Shown here: in pieces, positions 62,391 to 64,000 of the stretch
How positions within the stretch are numbered: position 1 is the stretch's first letter
Layout: each line of letters begins with the position of its first letter
Origin: Lophium mytilinum
Lineage: Eukaryota
Direction: 5' to 3'
DNA: 64,000 nucleotides
NCBI GenBank assembly: GCA_010093605.1
Contig: MU004197.1
Span: 1,116,001 to 1,180,000, forward strand
Notes under the pieces: model-generated
Seen by the model: the letters and a program-made list of their open reading frames with translations, nothing else
The model's database searches: none
What the model was told of the DNA's origin: nothing
Program-made: the position numbers and the translations under genes

Positions 62391-64000
62391 ATTTCTTTTT
62401 CTTCTTCTTTGCACAGATAGATAGATAGATAGATAGATAAAATCTATATATCTATGTATTTGCGCAATAGAGTTATATCTATATATCTATGTATCTATTT
62501 AGTGTCTAATCTCATATAGTCTACTATTTTAGTAAAACTACTTCCCACTAATGGTTTAGTGAATATATTAGTTATTTACTCCTTAGTATTAAGGTAGGCT
62601 AGCTTTATTAATCCATTTTAAACATTTTCTCTTACAAAATGATATTATATATCTATATGTTTAGTTTTTGAGTGGTGTTCAGGATTATTAGCTAATTCTA
62701 TAGCTGATTAACTATCCGTAAATAGATAGAAGTCTTCTGTATTTTTAATATTAAGTTGTTTTAATATACTTTTTAAGTATATATATTCTTTTATAGTTTC
62801 TTTTAAAGCTATATATTTAGCTTCGCAACTAGATAGTGCTATAGATCTCTATAGTTTACTATTCCAGCTAATAGGTGTTTTTCTATAGGAAAAGTAATAT
62901 CCTGTAGTAGATTTTCTTCCTATTATATTACCCCCGTAATCTGCATTAGAATAGCCTAATATATATAGTGCAGGATTATTAGGAGAAAATTTAACGCTTA
63001 TTCCTTGCGTAGGCTTATATAATAAGTATTTCCATATCCTTTCTAAGGCTTTAAAGTGAATAGGACTAGGATTAGACATAAAACAAGCGCATAGATTTAC
63101 GCTATAGGCTATATCTAGTCTTATTTTTATAGATAGATAGATAAGACTTCCAACTTATTATTAGTATAGTTTTATATCCTCTTTTAATGCCTGTTTATTG
63201 TTTTTCTCTAGTTTTATACCTATTTCTCCTAGTATAAAGACGGGATTTAGTTTCTCTTTATTAAATCTTTTTAATAGACTTTTTGTATACTTTTTCTAGC
63301 TTAATAATAGGGTTCTTTCCTTTCTATTATATATTATTTCCATGCCTAGAAAATAGGATATAGGCCCTAAGTTTATTAATTCTAAGTCTTTACTTAGTTT
63401 TAATTATAGATTTTCTATATCTTTTATATTTAGGCTAAATACTAATAAATTATCTATGTAGTAGACTATTATTATAGTTTTATTTTTAAATACTGCCTGC
63501 TCTGCAATAGTACTTTTAAAACTGTACTTTTCTAAATATATAGCTAAATGGATATACTATTGTCTAGGGGACTATTTTAAGCCGTATAATGCTTTATTTA
63601 GCTTATAGACTTTATTATTTATATTAAAACCATGTAGTTATTCTATGTATAGTTCTTTATCTAAGTCTATATGCGTAAATGCGTTTTTAAAATCCTATTA
63701 TATTATTTCCTAGTTATAATAAGTAGCTAATACAAGTAATAGCCTATATACTTCTAGGCGGCAGGTATTAGTAAAGGTTTCTTTATAATCTACGCTGTAG
63801 ACTTAGCTAAAACCTTTTACTACCCATCTTGCCTTATATTTAGATATATTATTATCTATATCGGTTTTAATTTTATAAACCCAGCGTCCTTTTAACGCAT
63901 TTCTATTTACTAGTAAGTCTACTAACTTCCAGGTATTTTACTTATTAAGCTAGTCTATTTCTATTTACATAGCTTCTTTCTATTTCTTATTATATAGAGA
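61985..64000 (-). mobile_element. Ty1/Copia LTR retrotransposon, 3' part (RT, RNase H, PPT, 3' LTR at 61985-62248), RIP-inactivated
   Basis: Minus strand reads GRWVYKIK..YKARWVVKGF (Copia RT) and GYSNADYGG..RKSTTGY..ISWNSK..IALSSCEAKY..HSKTKHIDI (Copia RNase H), with many TAA/TAG stops. PPT CTTAAGGGAGTG abuts the LTR start TGTAAAG at 62248. Confidence 0.95.

Larger units (their letters stand above)
54100..64000. repeat. AT-rich RIP-degraded transposon block running off the window end (assembly gap of Ns at 60977-60986)
   Basis: Abrupt drop in GC, excess TpA, loss of CpA/TpG, almost no ORFs, multiple repeat relics. Confidence 0.95.

Noticed and set aside
1..64000. CRISPR arrays, tRNA, rRNA or a Starship captain gene
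   Set aside because: No repeat-spacer array, cloverleaf, rRNA motif or tyrosine-recombinase/DUF3435 ORF was seen.

Overview
Eukaryotic DNA from a filamentous ascomycete (Pezizomycotina; inferred from short GT-AG introns with CTRAC branch sites, the gene set and RIP-mutated repeats). Positions 1-39.6 kb and 41.7-54 kb are gene-dense. In order they hold an SDR oxidoreductase, MMM1, a BAR protein, RPL2/uL2 (7 introns), a WHIM-domain protein, SNF2/STH1, a Zn2Cys6 factor, BDP1, BRE1, POS5, a lipid acyltransferase, a DHA1 MFS pump, a secreted SGNH hydrolase, a small Cys-rich secreted protein, a DUF4246 protein, a Mn-type CDF transporter, an STL1-like sugar porter and ORC2. Two AT-rich RIP-degraded blocks (39.6-41.7 kb and 54.1-64 kb) hold a Ty1/Copia relic, at least five more copies of its LTR (three with perfect 5-bp TSDs), (GATA)n arrays and an unclassified TIR-bounded element. 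The most unexpected signal is a ~1.25 kb apparently non-coding stretch (9425-10670) divergent from RPL2. It is packed with nested, G-U-containing helices on the + strand and I could not match it by eye to any known fungal RNA, so it is a candidate large structured ncRNA. A degenerate 259-bp triplication at 383-1050 is the second unexplained structure. All gene models and helices were worked out by hand, with no database search or folding program.
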